Below, piece by piece: positions 48,773 through 61,915 of a stretch of DNA of 64,000 nt (the first letter of the stretch is position 1; the number at the start of each line of letters is the position of its first letter). This stretch comes from Candidatus Latescibacterota bacterium (lineage in GTDB: Bacteria; Latescibacterota; UBA2968; GCA-2709665). The DNA lies in contig OZ241917.1 of the NCBI GenBank assembly GCA_965203805.1, positions 4,480,001-4,544,000 on the forward strand, read 5' to 3'. The notes under the pieces were generated by a model that saw only the letters and a list, made by a program, of their open reading frames with translations, did not search any database and was not told the DNA's origin. A program made the translations under genes and the position numbers.

Positions 48773-50029
48773 CTAATATTCCTGGATATCTGCCTTCTGC
48801 CGAAACGCTGCCAGGTCGAGGTCTCCTCGGCTGTAGGCATCCACGTCCCGCTTCTTTACCTTTAGCACAAGGCCACGCGGGTCGGACGTTCTCCTACGGA
48901 ATCCCCTCGGAAATCGCACCTCCACCACGATATATTCTTCGGGTTTGAGGGTGCGGATAGAGAAACCGTAATCTGCCACTACCTCAATCAGGTCTTCTTT
49001 GAGCCGATTTTCGGGTGCCTTATCTAACTTGACTGAGCGTCCCTGTCTTCCTCGGTCGGATAGCGATCTGGATGCCTTAATTATGGCTCTACGAATTTCC
49101 TTCAAATAGCTGGTCTGTGCTTTCACAAAGAATAGCGCGCCCAACCCTTCTTGGTATATGCCCAGGGTCTTGTTGGAATGCGGGACCGGATGGTCGGATT
49201 GTTTCAGGGCTTGGTCCAGGATTGCGGACATTACACCAATCTTTTTCATCAGGGACGCATCCGGCCGGTGGTCGAGAAAGGCAATTCGCTTGATGAACTC
49301 CTCGTCGTCGATTTGCTCCCGCCGATATGCAACGATATCGCCTTTTTTTACTGTTACTTCTGAGTAGACTTGATCTGATGTAACGGTGTAAAAAAGTGTG
49401 TCTGAGTCCAAACTTCGTTTGGCTCGAGCTGCGATACTATCTCGATTATCCTGTTTAATGGCACCCTGCAGCGCCATCAAATGGCGTCGAGGTACTGATT
49501 GTTTTGCCCATAACCACTCTGAATCCCCAACGACTGCGCTTTCCAGATCGAAACCATAAGGAGAAAGGCGTTGAAAAAAAATCAGGATTGAGATACGATC
49601 CGTGTCTTTCAACTGGCGTATCGCATCCGCGTAAGTGCCCAAGAATTCCGCGAGCCGATTCTGAATGTCGGCTCGTCGTTTCTCCACCTGTTCCTTGAAT
49701 TTCATCGTGACATCGCCTTCACTGTGCGTTTCGAACACCTTCGTGACCTTGTCGGGAAATCCCAGACCAGGAAGTGAATATCCTGCCGGACCTAGTTCTT
49801 CTATCAGAAAGATCACACCGTAGTTTTCGAAGTAAAAACCCCTCACCTGCGGTTCCCGGTGGACGCCGACAAGGTTGGACGTAGTCTGCTCGTGGAGGTT
49901 CTGCAGAATGCCTTCCATGATGTCCAGGTCCTGCTTCATCCGCTTCCGGTCGATTTCGGCTTCGACGGGGAATGCGGGAAGGGAGAGGCATATGGCGGTT
50001 GCGATGGCGAAAATGCGATGGGTCTTCAT
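48773..50029 (-). CDS. Exported hypothetical protein with two internal repeats, in the ECF operon
   Basis: Signal peptide; repeated GFYFENYGVIF / GIYQEGLGALF and VKKGDIVAY / VKKRDVDAY. Confidence 0.7.
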   Translation of the reverse strand: MKTHRIFAIATAICLSLPAFPVEAEIDRKRMKQDLDIMEGILQNLHEQTTSNLVGVHREPQVRGFYFENYGVIFLIEELGPAGYSLPGLGFPDKVTKVFETHSEGDVTMKFKEQVEKRRADIQNRLAEFLGTYADAIRQLKDTDRISILIFFQRLSPYGFDLESAVVGDSEWLWAKQSVPRRHLMALQGAIKQDNRDSIAARAKRSLDSDTLFYTVTSDQVYSEVTVKKGDIVAYRREQIDDEEFIKRIAFLDHRPDASLMKKIGVMSAILDQALKQSDHPVPHSNKTLGIYQEGLGALFFVKAQTSYLKEIRRAIIKASRSLSDRGRQGRSVKLDKAPENRLKEDLIEVVADYGFSIRTLKPEEYIVVEVRFPRGFRRRTSDPRGLVLKVKKRDVDAYSRGDLDLAAFRQKADIQEY

Positions 50030-50053
50030 ATTTCAATCTCCCTCAGTTTATTA

Positions 50054-50764
50054 TTATTCGGTGGTGGGAGGTGTGTACGAATCCGCCTGCGCGTATGTCA
50101 CCGCCAGCAGGTGGTGCAACAGGTCTTCGGTCCGCATAAAGCGGCTTTCCGTCGATCCCTCTATTTCCTGCAAGCCCTGGCCTACGAGCACCAGGTCGCG
50201 ACGGCGTTGGGATTCCAGGTCCCGGGCGAACTGTTCTAGGATAAGACCGAGTTCCAGACGTTGACGGTTGTACCCGTCGTCGATCAACTCCTGAATCAGC
50301 GCCAGGGACTGATGTTGGACCTGGATCAACTCCGCCCGCGTGACCGGCGTTTCGCGAACCCCTTCAGAAGATTCGAGATCTTCGACTGCGGGGAGCCGCA
50401 GCGTCACGTGTAGACCCCCCTCCGCGTCATATCGCGCTTCGAAGTTCAAGACAGCGAAAACGAGAATGACCGCCGCCAGTCCCAGGCTAACGCCCGGCGC
50501 CACCCACCGCCGGTTGCCCGCGGGCAACCGGTGCGGCAGGATGGCCTTCCACCAGGGGGTTTTCTCGGGCACGAAGACCAGGCTCGCGGGCGGGACTTCA
50601 TCCGCCCAGGCGCGCATCAGGGTCCTGGTCCGCCCCAGCTTCTCCAGCGCCTGTGCACAGGCAGGGCAGGTGCTGATGTGGGATTCGATTCCGGCTTTCC
50701 CCTCGGCATCGACTTCGTCGTAGAGATAGCCTATGAGTTTCTCTCTTGGCAGTTCACATTTCAT
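50054..50764 (-). CDS. Zinc-finger (zf-HC2) anti-sigma factor
   Basis: HISTCPAC motif and a single TM helix. Confidence 0.88.
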   Translation of the reverse strand: MKCELPREKLIGYLYDEVDAEGKAGIESHISTCPACAQALEKLGRTRTLMRAWADEVPPASLVFVPEKTPWWKAILPHRLPAGNRRWVAPGVSLGLAAVILVFAVLNFEARYDAEGGLHVTLRLPAVEDLESSEGVRETPVTRAELIQVQHQSLALIQELIDDGYNRQRLELGLILEQFARDLESQRRRDLVLVGQGLQEIEGSTESRFMRTEDLLHHLLAVTYAQADSYTPPTTE

Positions 50765-51344
50765 AGTCGATCGTCTCCCGGGTGATGTTCCATTGGTCCA
50801 TAACCTTTCTGAGATTTCCGAGGCCGTAGTAGAGTCGGGATTTTACCGTATTGACGGGCAGTTTCAGGATGGCGGCGATTTCGGTGAATTTCAGATGCTC
50901 GTATTCCTTCATGACGACGATTGTCCGTTGCTCCTGCGGAATGCACTGCAACGCCCGGTTGAGCAGATCGCGAAGTTCGCACTCATGAATTCCGGAATCT
51001 GTTTGCGGCGATGCTCTTACCATCCCGTCCGGCCGCTGGGCGACGCCGGTTTCCAGACTCTCCAGTGAGATCGTGGGATGCCTCTTCCTTCGCCTCAACT
51101 CGTCCCGGCACGTATTGACCGCGATCTGATAGATCCAGGTGGAGAACTTTTGCGGATCCCGCAGCCGACGGAGGTTTCGATGGGCTTTGACGAGGACCTT
51201 CTGGCTCAGGTCGTGCGCTTCCTCGCGGTCTCCGACCTGGCGCAGGATGAAGTTATAGAGCCTGCTTTGCCACCGTCCAACCAGTCCGTTAAAGGCATGC
51301 GACTCACCGTCGCGGAATCGCCTGATCAACTCGGCGTCCGTCAT
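50754..51344 (-). CDS. ECF sigma-70 factor
   Basis: MTDAELI, FSTWIYQIAVN and EIAAILKLPVNTVKSRLYYG; GGAGG RBS. Confidence 0.93.
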   Translation of the reverse strand: MTDAELIRRFRDGESHAFNGLVGRWQSRLYNFILRQVGDREEAHDLSQKVLVKAHRNLRRLRDPQKFSTWIYQIAVNTCRDELRRRKRHPTISLESLETGVAQRPDGMVRASPQTDSGIHECELRDLLNRALQCIPQEQRTIVVMKEYEHLKFTEIAAILKLPVNTVKSRLYYGLGNLRKVMDQWNITRETIDYEM

Positions 51345-51392
51345 CTGTCCTCCGGTGCGAAAAATCGCGAATTCCTGAAGGCCTCTGCATGT

Positions 51393-51420
51393 GTGACGAC
51401 GAGATTGACTGAAAAGTTCT
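51393..51420 (-). promoter_or_regulatory. Putative ECF promoter
   Basis: Minus strand GAACTT-N15-CGTCAC upstream of the sigma gene. Confidence 0.55.
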
Positions 51421-51825
51421 ACGGTATACATCGACGCACCCATATTTCCGAAGGCTGACCGATCTGGTTGAGTTCGACAATTCGAACACTGTCGCTCAGG
51501 CGCCATGTTGTTTGTACGTCAGCCCAGACCCCTTGATCGGCGCCTGCTGTCTATCCAACGGACCGTCCGAACGCTTCAGTCCGTGAGTATGTGTCAGAAT
51601 TGCAATTGACATCATTGGGGAATTTGGCCATGGTGGAGTGGGGCGGAGGGGTGCGGTGAGCGTATGGGCGTCAAGGGTTTTCAAGCTGAATTCGGACAGG
51701 CGTGGACCGGCGCAACGTGATGGGCATGCGCCAGGTCGGGAACACAAAACAGGTGGCGTCAGGCCGAGAGGACTGCTTTGCTCAAGGCGGGTTCGCGGAG
51801 ATGAAAACGTACCAGGAGAGCCTTA

Positions 51826-52605
51826 ATGGACTCGACACTACAACAGGAATATGACGAGAAGGGTTACTGCATCGCCCGCTGGGCGATTGACGCGGGTCTG
51901 GCCGCCGAAACGGTCGAGCACGTGCAGTGGCTGGTTGAAAGGCATCCGGACACGCGCCCCGAGCGGTTCCACCACAACCTGCTGGTGAACGACCCGTTCA
52001 TGCACCGGCTGGTCTGCGACGACCGGCTGGTCGACCTCGCGGCGCAGTTCATCGGTCCGAACGTGGCCATGTTCGGCGCGCACTATATCGCCAAGAAACC
52101 CGAAACCGGCCAGGCCGTCCGGTGGCACCAGGATGGGTCGTACTGGCCGCTGGAGCCGATGGAGGTGACCACCCTGTGGGTCGCCGGCAACGACTCAACC
52201 GTGGAAAACGGGTGCATGCGCGTCCTGCCGGGAACGCACACCCGGCGTTTATTGAAGCGTTCGGAGATGGTGGACCTGGATCCGGACAAGTACGTGCTCG
52301 GCATCGGGATGCGTCCGGACCAGATCGACGAGGCCGACGCCGTGGACGTGGTACTCGAGGCCGGGGATATCTCCATCCACCACCCCAATATCATCCACGG
52401 CTCCAACAGCAATACGTCCGACAAGTGGCGGGTGGGGCTCACCCTGCGCTATATTCCCACCAGCACCCGGGTGACGCGGAAAGAACAGCGGTCCATCCTG
52501 TGCTGCGGGGAGGTGGTCCCCGAGGTCGGAAACCACTATGTGCCGAGGCCGAAATACGTCGAGGGCGAACACATGGCCTTCGCCGGGTGCGAAGACTGGG
52601 TGTAG
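51826..52605 (+). CDS. PhyH family dioxygenase
   Basis: WHQDGSYW, ENGCMRVLPGTH and IHGSNSN motifs. Confidence 0.92.
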   Translation: MDSTLQQEYDEKGYCIARWAIDAGLAAETVEHVQWLVERHPDTRPERFHHNLLVNDPFMHRLVCDDRLVDLAAQFIGPNVAMFGAHYIAKKPETGQAVRWHQDGSYWPLEPMEVTTLWVAGNDSTVENGCMRVLPGTHTRRLLKRSEMVDLDPDKYVLGIGMRPDQIDEADAVDVVLEAGDISIHHPNIIHGSNSNTSDKWRVGLTLRYIPTSTRVTRKEQRSILCCGEVVPEVGNHYVPRPKYVEGEHMAFAGCEDWV

Positions 52606-52639
52606 GTAGGCCTTGGAGGGAGAACATCCTTCCCAAAAT

Positions 52640-53467
52640 CGAGGGTTTCCCTGCCCTCGCCGGCAGATGCGTGAGGCCTTGCCGCCGTCATTTCCGATAT
52701 GGAATTGGATGCAAGGGAAGCAGAAGGCCCTTGATGTGGAGATTTGTAGGTCCTGCGAAGTTCGAGGGCAGGGATGCCCTCGTTCCGGTATCTGGTAGCT
52801 CATGAACTGAAGTAGGGCAGAATTTCCGTTTTGCAGGTATTGATCGGTCACCTGTCCTTACCGGGTAACACGCAGGGCGTGCAAGGTGGCCAGAGGAAAA
52901 AACCGCGCACCTGCGGGGGGTCAATTCGCAGTAGCGATTCACGCCAAACAGGTGTTATTGGCGCAGTAGCAACGAATGCCTTTCCCGGGAGCGAGGGCAT
53001 CCCTGCCCTCGCCGGCAGATGCGGGGGGCCGTGGCGCCGTCATTTCCGACACAGAATTGGCTGCAAAGGAAGCGGTAGGCCCTTGATGTAGATATTGGCG
53101 GGTTACGCGATGTTCGAGGGCAGGGATGCCCTCGGTCCGGACACTGGTGGATCATGAATTGATGTAGGGCAGAATCGGCTCGGTGTCAGGGATGGCATAT
53201 CCGGTGTGGTGCGGATTATCACGACCTGAAGCAATTCCCGCGGATCTCTTCGTGGGAACGAGGGTTCCCCGGGAGCGAGGGCATCCCTGCCCTCGCCGGC
53301 AGATGCGCGGAGCTGTGGCGCCGTCATTTTCGAAATGGAATTGGGTGCAAAGGAAGCTGAAGGCCCTTGATGCGGAGATTGGCGGGTTACGTGATGTTCG
53401 AGGGCAGGGATGCCCTCGGTCCGGTATCTGGTAGCTCATGAACTGATGTAGGGCAGGGATGCCCTCG
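52640..53467 (+). repeat. REP-doublet (REPIN-like) array, units 1-3
   Basis: CGAGGGCA-TCCC-TGCCCTCG ... CGAGGGCA-GGGA-TGCCCTCG pairs at 52640/52763 (left arm degenerate), 52992/53115 and 53276/53399, plus a half copy at ~53448. Confidence 0.9.
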
Positions 53468-53511
53468 CTGTGGATACTGTTTAATCACGTGCTAATGTAG
53501 GGTAGGACACC

Positions 53512-54117
53512 TTGGGTTTCAGAGGACCGACATCACGCGTTAAGCCGTCAAGTAGACTTCACCGCACCCGTCTTCCGCACTTTGAAGCCGGGGAAGTTCC
53601 CCAACACGTTTGCTTTCGACTGGCGGACAGCTTGCCGCAACATCTGCTCCGACAATGGGAGCGAGACCTCGATAGACTTCAGGGAGCGGAACACCAGAAT
53701 CGTCGAAGGATCGAAGAGGCGCTGGATCAGGGCCATGGCGCCTGCTGGTTGCGCCTGCCTGCCATCGCCGCACTGGTGCGTGATGCCTTTCAGTACTTCG
53801 ATGGCCACCTGTATCATCTGCATGCATGGGTGGTCATGCCCAATCATGTCCACGTGTTGGCGACACCGCTTGGCAACCACTCGTTGTCTGGCATCGTACA
53901 CTCCTGGAAGTCGTACACTGCTAGCCATGCTAACAAGATGCTGAAACGCAAGGGGAAGTTCTGGCATGAGGACTACTTTGACCGGTTCATTCGCGACGAA
54001 GATCACTTCGGCGAAATTGTCAGATATATTCACTGGAACCCGGTGAAGGCAGGGTTGTGCACGGACCCTGAAGATTGGGAATGGAGCGATTTTTGCAATC
54101 GGTGTTCGCGGGATTGA
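53512..54117 (+). mobile_element. rayT: REP-associated tyrosine transposase (RAYT, Y1 HUH)
   Basis: RLPHF, VCFRLADSLP, WVVMPNHVH, FWHEDYFDRFIRD and YIHWNPVKAGL motifs. Confidence 0.92.
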
Positions 54118-54219
54118 TGGCACCCTGCCTGCGCCGAGTTCTGCTCGGCAGGCAGGTCCTGCCCTCGACGCGTAGCGCCAGGCGCGATCCGTTGGGTGCG
54201 AGGATGCCTTTCCCGGGAC

Positions 54220-54815
54220 CGAGGGCATCCCTGCCCTCGCCGGCAGATGCGCGGTGCCGTGGCGCCGTCATTTCCGATATGGTTTCGGATGAATGGGAAC
54301 GATAAGCCCTTGATGTGGAAATTGGCGGGTTACGCGAAGTTCGAGGGCAGGGATGCCCTCGGTCCGGTATCTGGTAGATCATGAACTGATGTAGGGCAGG
54401 TGTGCCGTCGGTCCGGATACTGGTGGATCATGTATTGATGAAGGGCAGAATTGGCTCGTTGTCAGGGATGGCACATCCGGTGTGGTGCGGGTTTTCACGA
54501 CGTGAAGCAATTCCAGCGGATCTCGTCCCGGGATCGAGGGTTTCCCGGGAGCGAGGGCATCCCTGCCCTCGCCGGCAGATGCGCGGAGCTGTGGCGCCGT
54601 CATTTCCAAAATGGAATTGGACGAATGGGAGCGACAAGCCCTTGATGCGGAGATTGGCGGGTTACGCGAAGTTCGAGGGCAGGGATGCCCTCGGTCCGGT
54701 ATCTGGTAGCGCATGAACTGATGTAGGGCAGGGATGCCCTCGGTCCGGATACTGGAGGATCATGTACTGATGAAGGGCAGAACCGGCTCGGTGTCAGGGA
54801 TGGCACATCCGGGGT
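54220..54815 (+). repeat. REP-doublet array, units 4-5 plus linker repeats
   Basis: Pairs at 54220/54342 and 54552/54674, half copy at ~54723; the linker GTGTCAGGGATGGCACATCCGG recurs. Confidence 0.9.
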
Positions 54816-54855
54816 GCTGGCGAATTCGCATTCGTAACGTCGATATCAATCCCAA

Positions 54856-58428
<3,573 letters not shown>

Positions 58429-58468
58429 CGGGAGGAAAACCGTTTCGAGAGGATCGCCAAATCGGTTC

Positions 58469-58507
58469 TTGACACCGTCCACGAAAATCGTTACCTTTTA
58501 CGTAATG
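58469..58507 (+). promoter_or_regulatory. sigma70 promoter with operator CGTTAC-N7-GTAATG
   Basis: TTGACA-N17-TACCTT; near copy of the higB promoter. Confidence 0.65.
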
Positions 58508-58556
58508 AAAATGGACATATTCACGCAGTTCCCGTCAAAACCGAAAGGTGGAACCG

Positions 58557-58814
58557 ATGCCGAAGAAAGAACGAGACACCGTCACATACGACCTCAAACA
58601 AGGCCGTGAAATAGTCTACCGTGGAACCACCAGCGATCCGGATGCGCGAGAGCGGAGCCACAGAGCAGAGGGTAAGGATTTCGATCAGCTGAAGGTAACA
58701 TCAAGACGAATGACGAGAGAGGGGGCGGAGAAGAAGGAAGCCGAGAATCTGGAGACGTACCGAAAGGGACACGGTGGAAGAAATCCAAAATACAACAAGG
58801 CGGAGGACGGATAG
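58557..58814 (+). CDS. Minimal standalone GIY-YIG nuclease-like protein
   Basis: VTYDL...IVYRGTT..PDARERSH...AEKKE...PKYN retains the Y/Y-G/R/H/E/N pattern. Confidence 0.7.
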   Translation: MPKKERDTVTYDLKQGREIVYRGTTSDPDARERSHRAEGKDFDQLKVTSRRMTREGAEKKEAENLETYRKGHGGRNPKYNKAEDG

Positions 58815-58946
58815 ATCTTCTACAACTCTCCCAGCACGGCTTCGCCCTGTTCAGCCGTAACCGAATGGGTGGCAGTGAACGCGTGAGCCCGTTCGATGTA
58901 CCAATCAATTCCCCCTAGAGGTGGAGTCGCGAAGGCCGAGCCTGAT

Positions 58947-58989
58947 CCCTGAGCCGGTGCCCTGAGCCTGTCGAAGGGTTGTCGAAGGG
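58947..58989. repeat. Nested CCCTGAGCCTGTCGAAGGG repeats
   Basis: CCCTGAGCC[ggtgCCCTGAGCCTGTCGAAGGGt]TGTCGAAGGG. Confidence 0.6.
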
Positions 58990-59206
58990 TCAGGCGACGG
59001 CTGATGCGGTAGTGGATTTCAACGCCTTATCGACATGAGAGCAGCGTGAATCGAGATGAACGCATTTTGCGTTATGATTACGCTATAAGACCCAGAAGGA
59101 CTGAAAGATCCCAAATCCAGACAGTTATGTAGCCCAAGTAACGAATCTTACCCCGCGCGATTTCTCAAACGAATCCTGTCCGCCAAATACCTATACCAAT
59201 CCTTCC

Positions 59207-59246
59207 TTGACGTACCCTCACCCAAATCGTTACCTTCCGCGTAACG
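59207..59246 (+). promoter_or_regulatory. higBA promoter/operator
   Basis: TTGACG-N18-TACCTT; palindrome CGTTAC-N7-GTAACG abutting the ATG. Confidence 0.7.
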
Positions 59247-59582
59247 ATGACAGTCGCCTTCAAAACCCGAAAGCTCGAAAAGACCTTAAACTCCGGGAGC
59301 CTCCTTGAGAGGACGTACGGAAAGAGCAGGGCTCGGGCAATCATGATGCGGCTCGCCGTTCTTGCGAACGCGCCGACACTCGCCGCCGTTCCTCACACAC
59401 CCCCCGAACGACGACATCAGCTTACAGGTGATCGTGAAGGGCTGTACGCGGTAAATCTCGATGATCGCGCGCGGCTGATTCTTGCGCCGAATCACGACCC
59501 TGTACCCGTCCTGGACGACGGCGGAATCGACATCCAACGCGTCACGGCAATTACGATCATGGAGGTCACAGACTATCACTAA
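59247..59582 (+). CDS. higB: HigB/RelE-type toxin (killer protein)
   Basis: FKTRKLEK...RRHQLTGDREGLYAVNL...RLI...EVTDYH. Confidence 0.88.
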   Translation: MTVAFKTRKLEKTLNSGSLLERTYGKSRARAIMMRLAVLANAPTLAAVPHTPPERRHQLTGDREGLYAVNLDDRARLILAPNHDPVPVLDDGGIDIQRVTAITIMEVTDYH

Positions 59583-59595
59583 AGGAGACCGAGTG

Positions 59596-60678
59596 ATGGC
59601 GACGAACCAGTACCGCCCCGACTACGCGGTTCCCCCTGGCTGGGTTCTCGCAGAGCGTCTCGAAGCCCAGGGCATTTCACATGCCGAGTTTGCAAGACGA
59701 TGCGACCGCTCGGGAAAGCTCATCAGCGAGATCGTTTCCGGAAAAGCCCCCATCGAGGCAAAGACTGCGCTTCAATTCGAGAGAGTACTTGGGGTCGATG
59801 CGGATATCTGGTTGGGAATTGAGAAGGACTATCAGTTGCACCAGATCAGGGAGTCTGAGGCCAGGCAAGCAGAAGCGTTAGCGGAGTGGGCGAAGACTTT
59901 CCCGCTCGGCGAATTGGCCAAACGAGGGGCGATTCGTACGCGCTCGGCCAGCAGAGAAGCGTATTCGGAACTGATGGCATTCTTTCGTGTGGCGTCGATC
60001 GACGCGTGGCATGTCAGATACGGGAAGGCGAACATCGCATACCGGCACTCGCCGAGTTTCAAAAGCGACGAAAACTCGCTCGCGACCTGGCTTCGACTCG
60101 CGGAGATCGACGCTGAAGCACAGAAGTGTAACGAATACGACAGGTCGGCCTTTATGGGTGCGTTGCGCCGGATCCGCAGGCTGACTCGCGCGCCATTCGA
60201 TGAGGCTCGTGATCAGACCCACGAGCTTTGCAACCACGCAGGCGTTGCGCTTGCGATGATCGAACCGCTACCAAAAGCCAGCCTTAGTGGCGCTGCGTGG
60301 TGGTTATCCCCCCGCAAACCCGTCATCGCCCTTAGCGCGCGCCACAGGACCGACGACCACCTCTGGTTCAGTCTGTTTCACGAGGCTGCACACATCCTTA
60401 TTCACAGCAAGAGAGACGTTTTCGTCGACGAAGCCAAACCCGGCGGGGCCGACCTCGAAACAGAGGCGAATGAATGGGCCTCGCACTTCCTTGTTTCGCA
60501 GTCGAACTGGCAGCAATTCGTAGATGAAGGGAGATTTACCAGTTTGGAGATTCGCGATTTTGCCGAAGAACAGGGAATCGCGCCGGGTATTGTTGTTGGA
60601 AGACTTCAACATGAAAGGCACATCGGGTGGGATCGTCTTAACGATCTCAAAGTGCGTTTGGAGTGGGTTGAGAATTGA
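59596..60678 (+). CDS. higA: HigA-type HTH antitoxin fused to an ImmA/IrrE metallopeptidase
   Basis: PDYAVPPG..L.E.LE HTH and WFSLFHEAAH (HExxH). Confidence 0.88.
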   Translation: MATNQYRPDYAVPPGWVLAERLEAQGISHAEFARRCDRSGKLISEIVSGKAPIEAKTALQFERVLGVDADIWLGIEKDYQLHQIRESEARQAEALAEWAKTFPLGELAKRGAIRTRSASREAYSELMAFFRVASIDAWHVRYGKANIAYRHSPSFKSDENSLATWLRLAEIDAEAQKCNEYDRSAFMGALRRIRRLTRAPFDEARDQTHELCNHAGVALAMIEPLPKASLSGAAWWLSPRKPVIALSARHRTDDHLWFSLFHEAAHILIHSKRDVFVDEAKPGGADLETEANEWASHFLVSQSNWQQFVDEGRFTSLEIRDFAEEQGIAPGIVVGRLQHERHIGWDRLNDLKVRLEWVEN

Positions 60679-60973
60679 TGAGAGAGTCAATGAGAAACAC
60701 CTCTTGCAGTGCGCGGGACCGTAGCTCCGTTTTGGTTTATGGACTTCATCCCTCGCAGTTTTTATCAAACTGAACTTCGGAACTATGCTGAGGAACTTCC
60801 GTGTCTAAGCTGCGATTTCACACCGTCGATACGTCCGTCGGATAAAGCTATTATTCACATAGCAGTTCCTCTTCAGAAAACCAACTAAACTGTAAAATCT
60901 TGGTGTCTTCGTCTGTGGCCAGAGAGTGAAAGAAAAGCCGACAGTGCGGCTAGAGTTGGGTAAGAGGACAAGC

Positions 60974-61333
60974 ATGACGCGAGAAATTACAGTTCGAGTA
61001 TTTGACATCATTGGTGGTCCGCTTTGCGTATCTACCAGCGACGGCCAACGTCTGTACGACAGGATTGCTCCACTCTTGAGGACAGGGACGCCGGTCGTTC
61101 TTTCCTTCGAACGGATAGAGATTTTCGTCGCGGCCTTTCTCGACGCGGCGGTGGGTCAGCTTTACGGCGAGTTACCCGACGATAGCATCAGTGCATTGCT
61201 CTCGTTTCGCGATCTGGCGGATGACGACCGTGAGATGCTGGACCGTGTAATTGAAAACGCAAAACTGTACTTCAAGACCCCCGAAGATTTCGATCGCGTG
61301 TGGCATGAGGAGCTGGGCGTTGAAGAAGAATAA
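60974..61333 (+). CDS. STAS-like DUF4325 protein
   Basis: CVSTSDGQRLY...VVLSFERIE...AFLDAAVGQLY. Confidence 0.8.
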   Translation: MTREITVRVFDIIGGPLCVSTSDGQRLYDRIAPLLRTGTPVVLSFERIEIFVAAFLDAAVGQLYGELPDDSISALLSFRDLADDDREMLDRVIENAKLYFKTPEDFDRVWHEELGVEEE

Positions 61334-61393
61334 GGCGTACGACGTGGTTGCAAATCGGTTTAGCGGAAGTGAGACGTTTTTGCTCGATGCGAA
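61320..61393 (+). pseudogene. 5' remnant of a PIN-domain gene
   Basis: TTG start overlapping the STAS gene; reads KKNKAYDVVANRFSGSETFLLDAN (PIN first strand), then is cut. Confidence 0.55.
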
Positions 61394-61728
61394 CGCTCGG
61401 CGAAACTCATCAGCGAGATCATCTCCGGGAAAGCTCCGATTGAGCCGAACACGGCCCTTCGGTTCGAAAGGGTGCTGGGGGTCAGTGCGGACATCTGGTT
61501 GGGTGTTGAAAAGGACTATCAGATACATCAAATCCGGGAAGCCGATCCGAGGGTAGTTTAGCGCATACCGGTGCCGAAGGTGCGTTCAGGAGTCCGGACG
61601 TATTTCGTTTTGCCGACGAGCGGAACATAGCGCCCGGTATCGTCATCGGAAGGCTCCAGCACGAACGGCATATCGGGTGGAACCGGCTGAACGATATGAA
61701 GGTGCGTTTGGAGTGGGTTGAAAATTGA
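61394..61728 (+). pseudogene. Internally deleted paralog of the higA-ImmA gene
   Basis: 61394-61548 matches higA ~59708-59860 and ~61600-61728 matches the higA 3' end including GTGCGTTTGGAGTGGGTTGA.AATTGA. Confidence 0.85.
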
Positions 61729-61747
61729 TGCCCGAATGAGCAAAAAG

Positions 61748-61767
61748 AAACGCCCCTTTCGGGGCGT
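61748..61767. terminator. Hairpin/terminator
   Basis: ACGCCCC-TTTC-GGGGCGT preceded by an A-run (U-tail on the minus strand). Confidence 0.5.
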
Positions 61768-61915
61768 CGGGCCGGAGATGCTATCTCCGGCGGGGTGATA
61801 CCTAAATAATAGGGGATTATAACTTAAAGTGCCAAAAAGTTCTTGCCATCGCCTTTGGATATAGTTATATTTAACTGTAAACAATGACGATACGATAAGA
61901 GAAAGGTGGTTGGCG

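Noticed and set aside
52613-54806. Short ORFs with repeated peptides (RGHPCPR..., EGRDAL...)
   Set aside because: These are translations of the DNA repeats with no RBS or coding evidence.
52640-54815. CRISPR array interpretation of the repeats
   Set aside because: Spacers are homologous to each other, the repeats alternate in orientation, and no cas genes are present; a RAYT/REP locus fits better.
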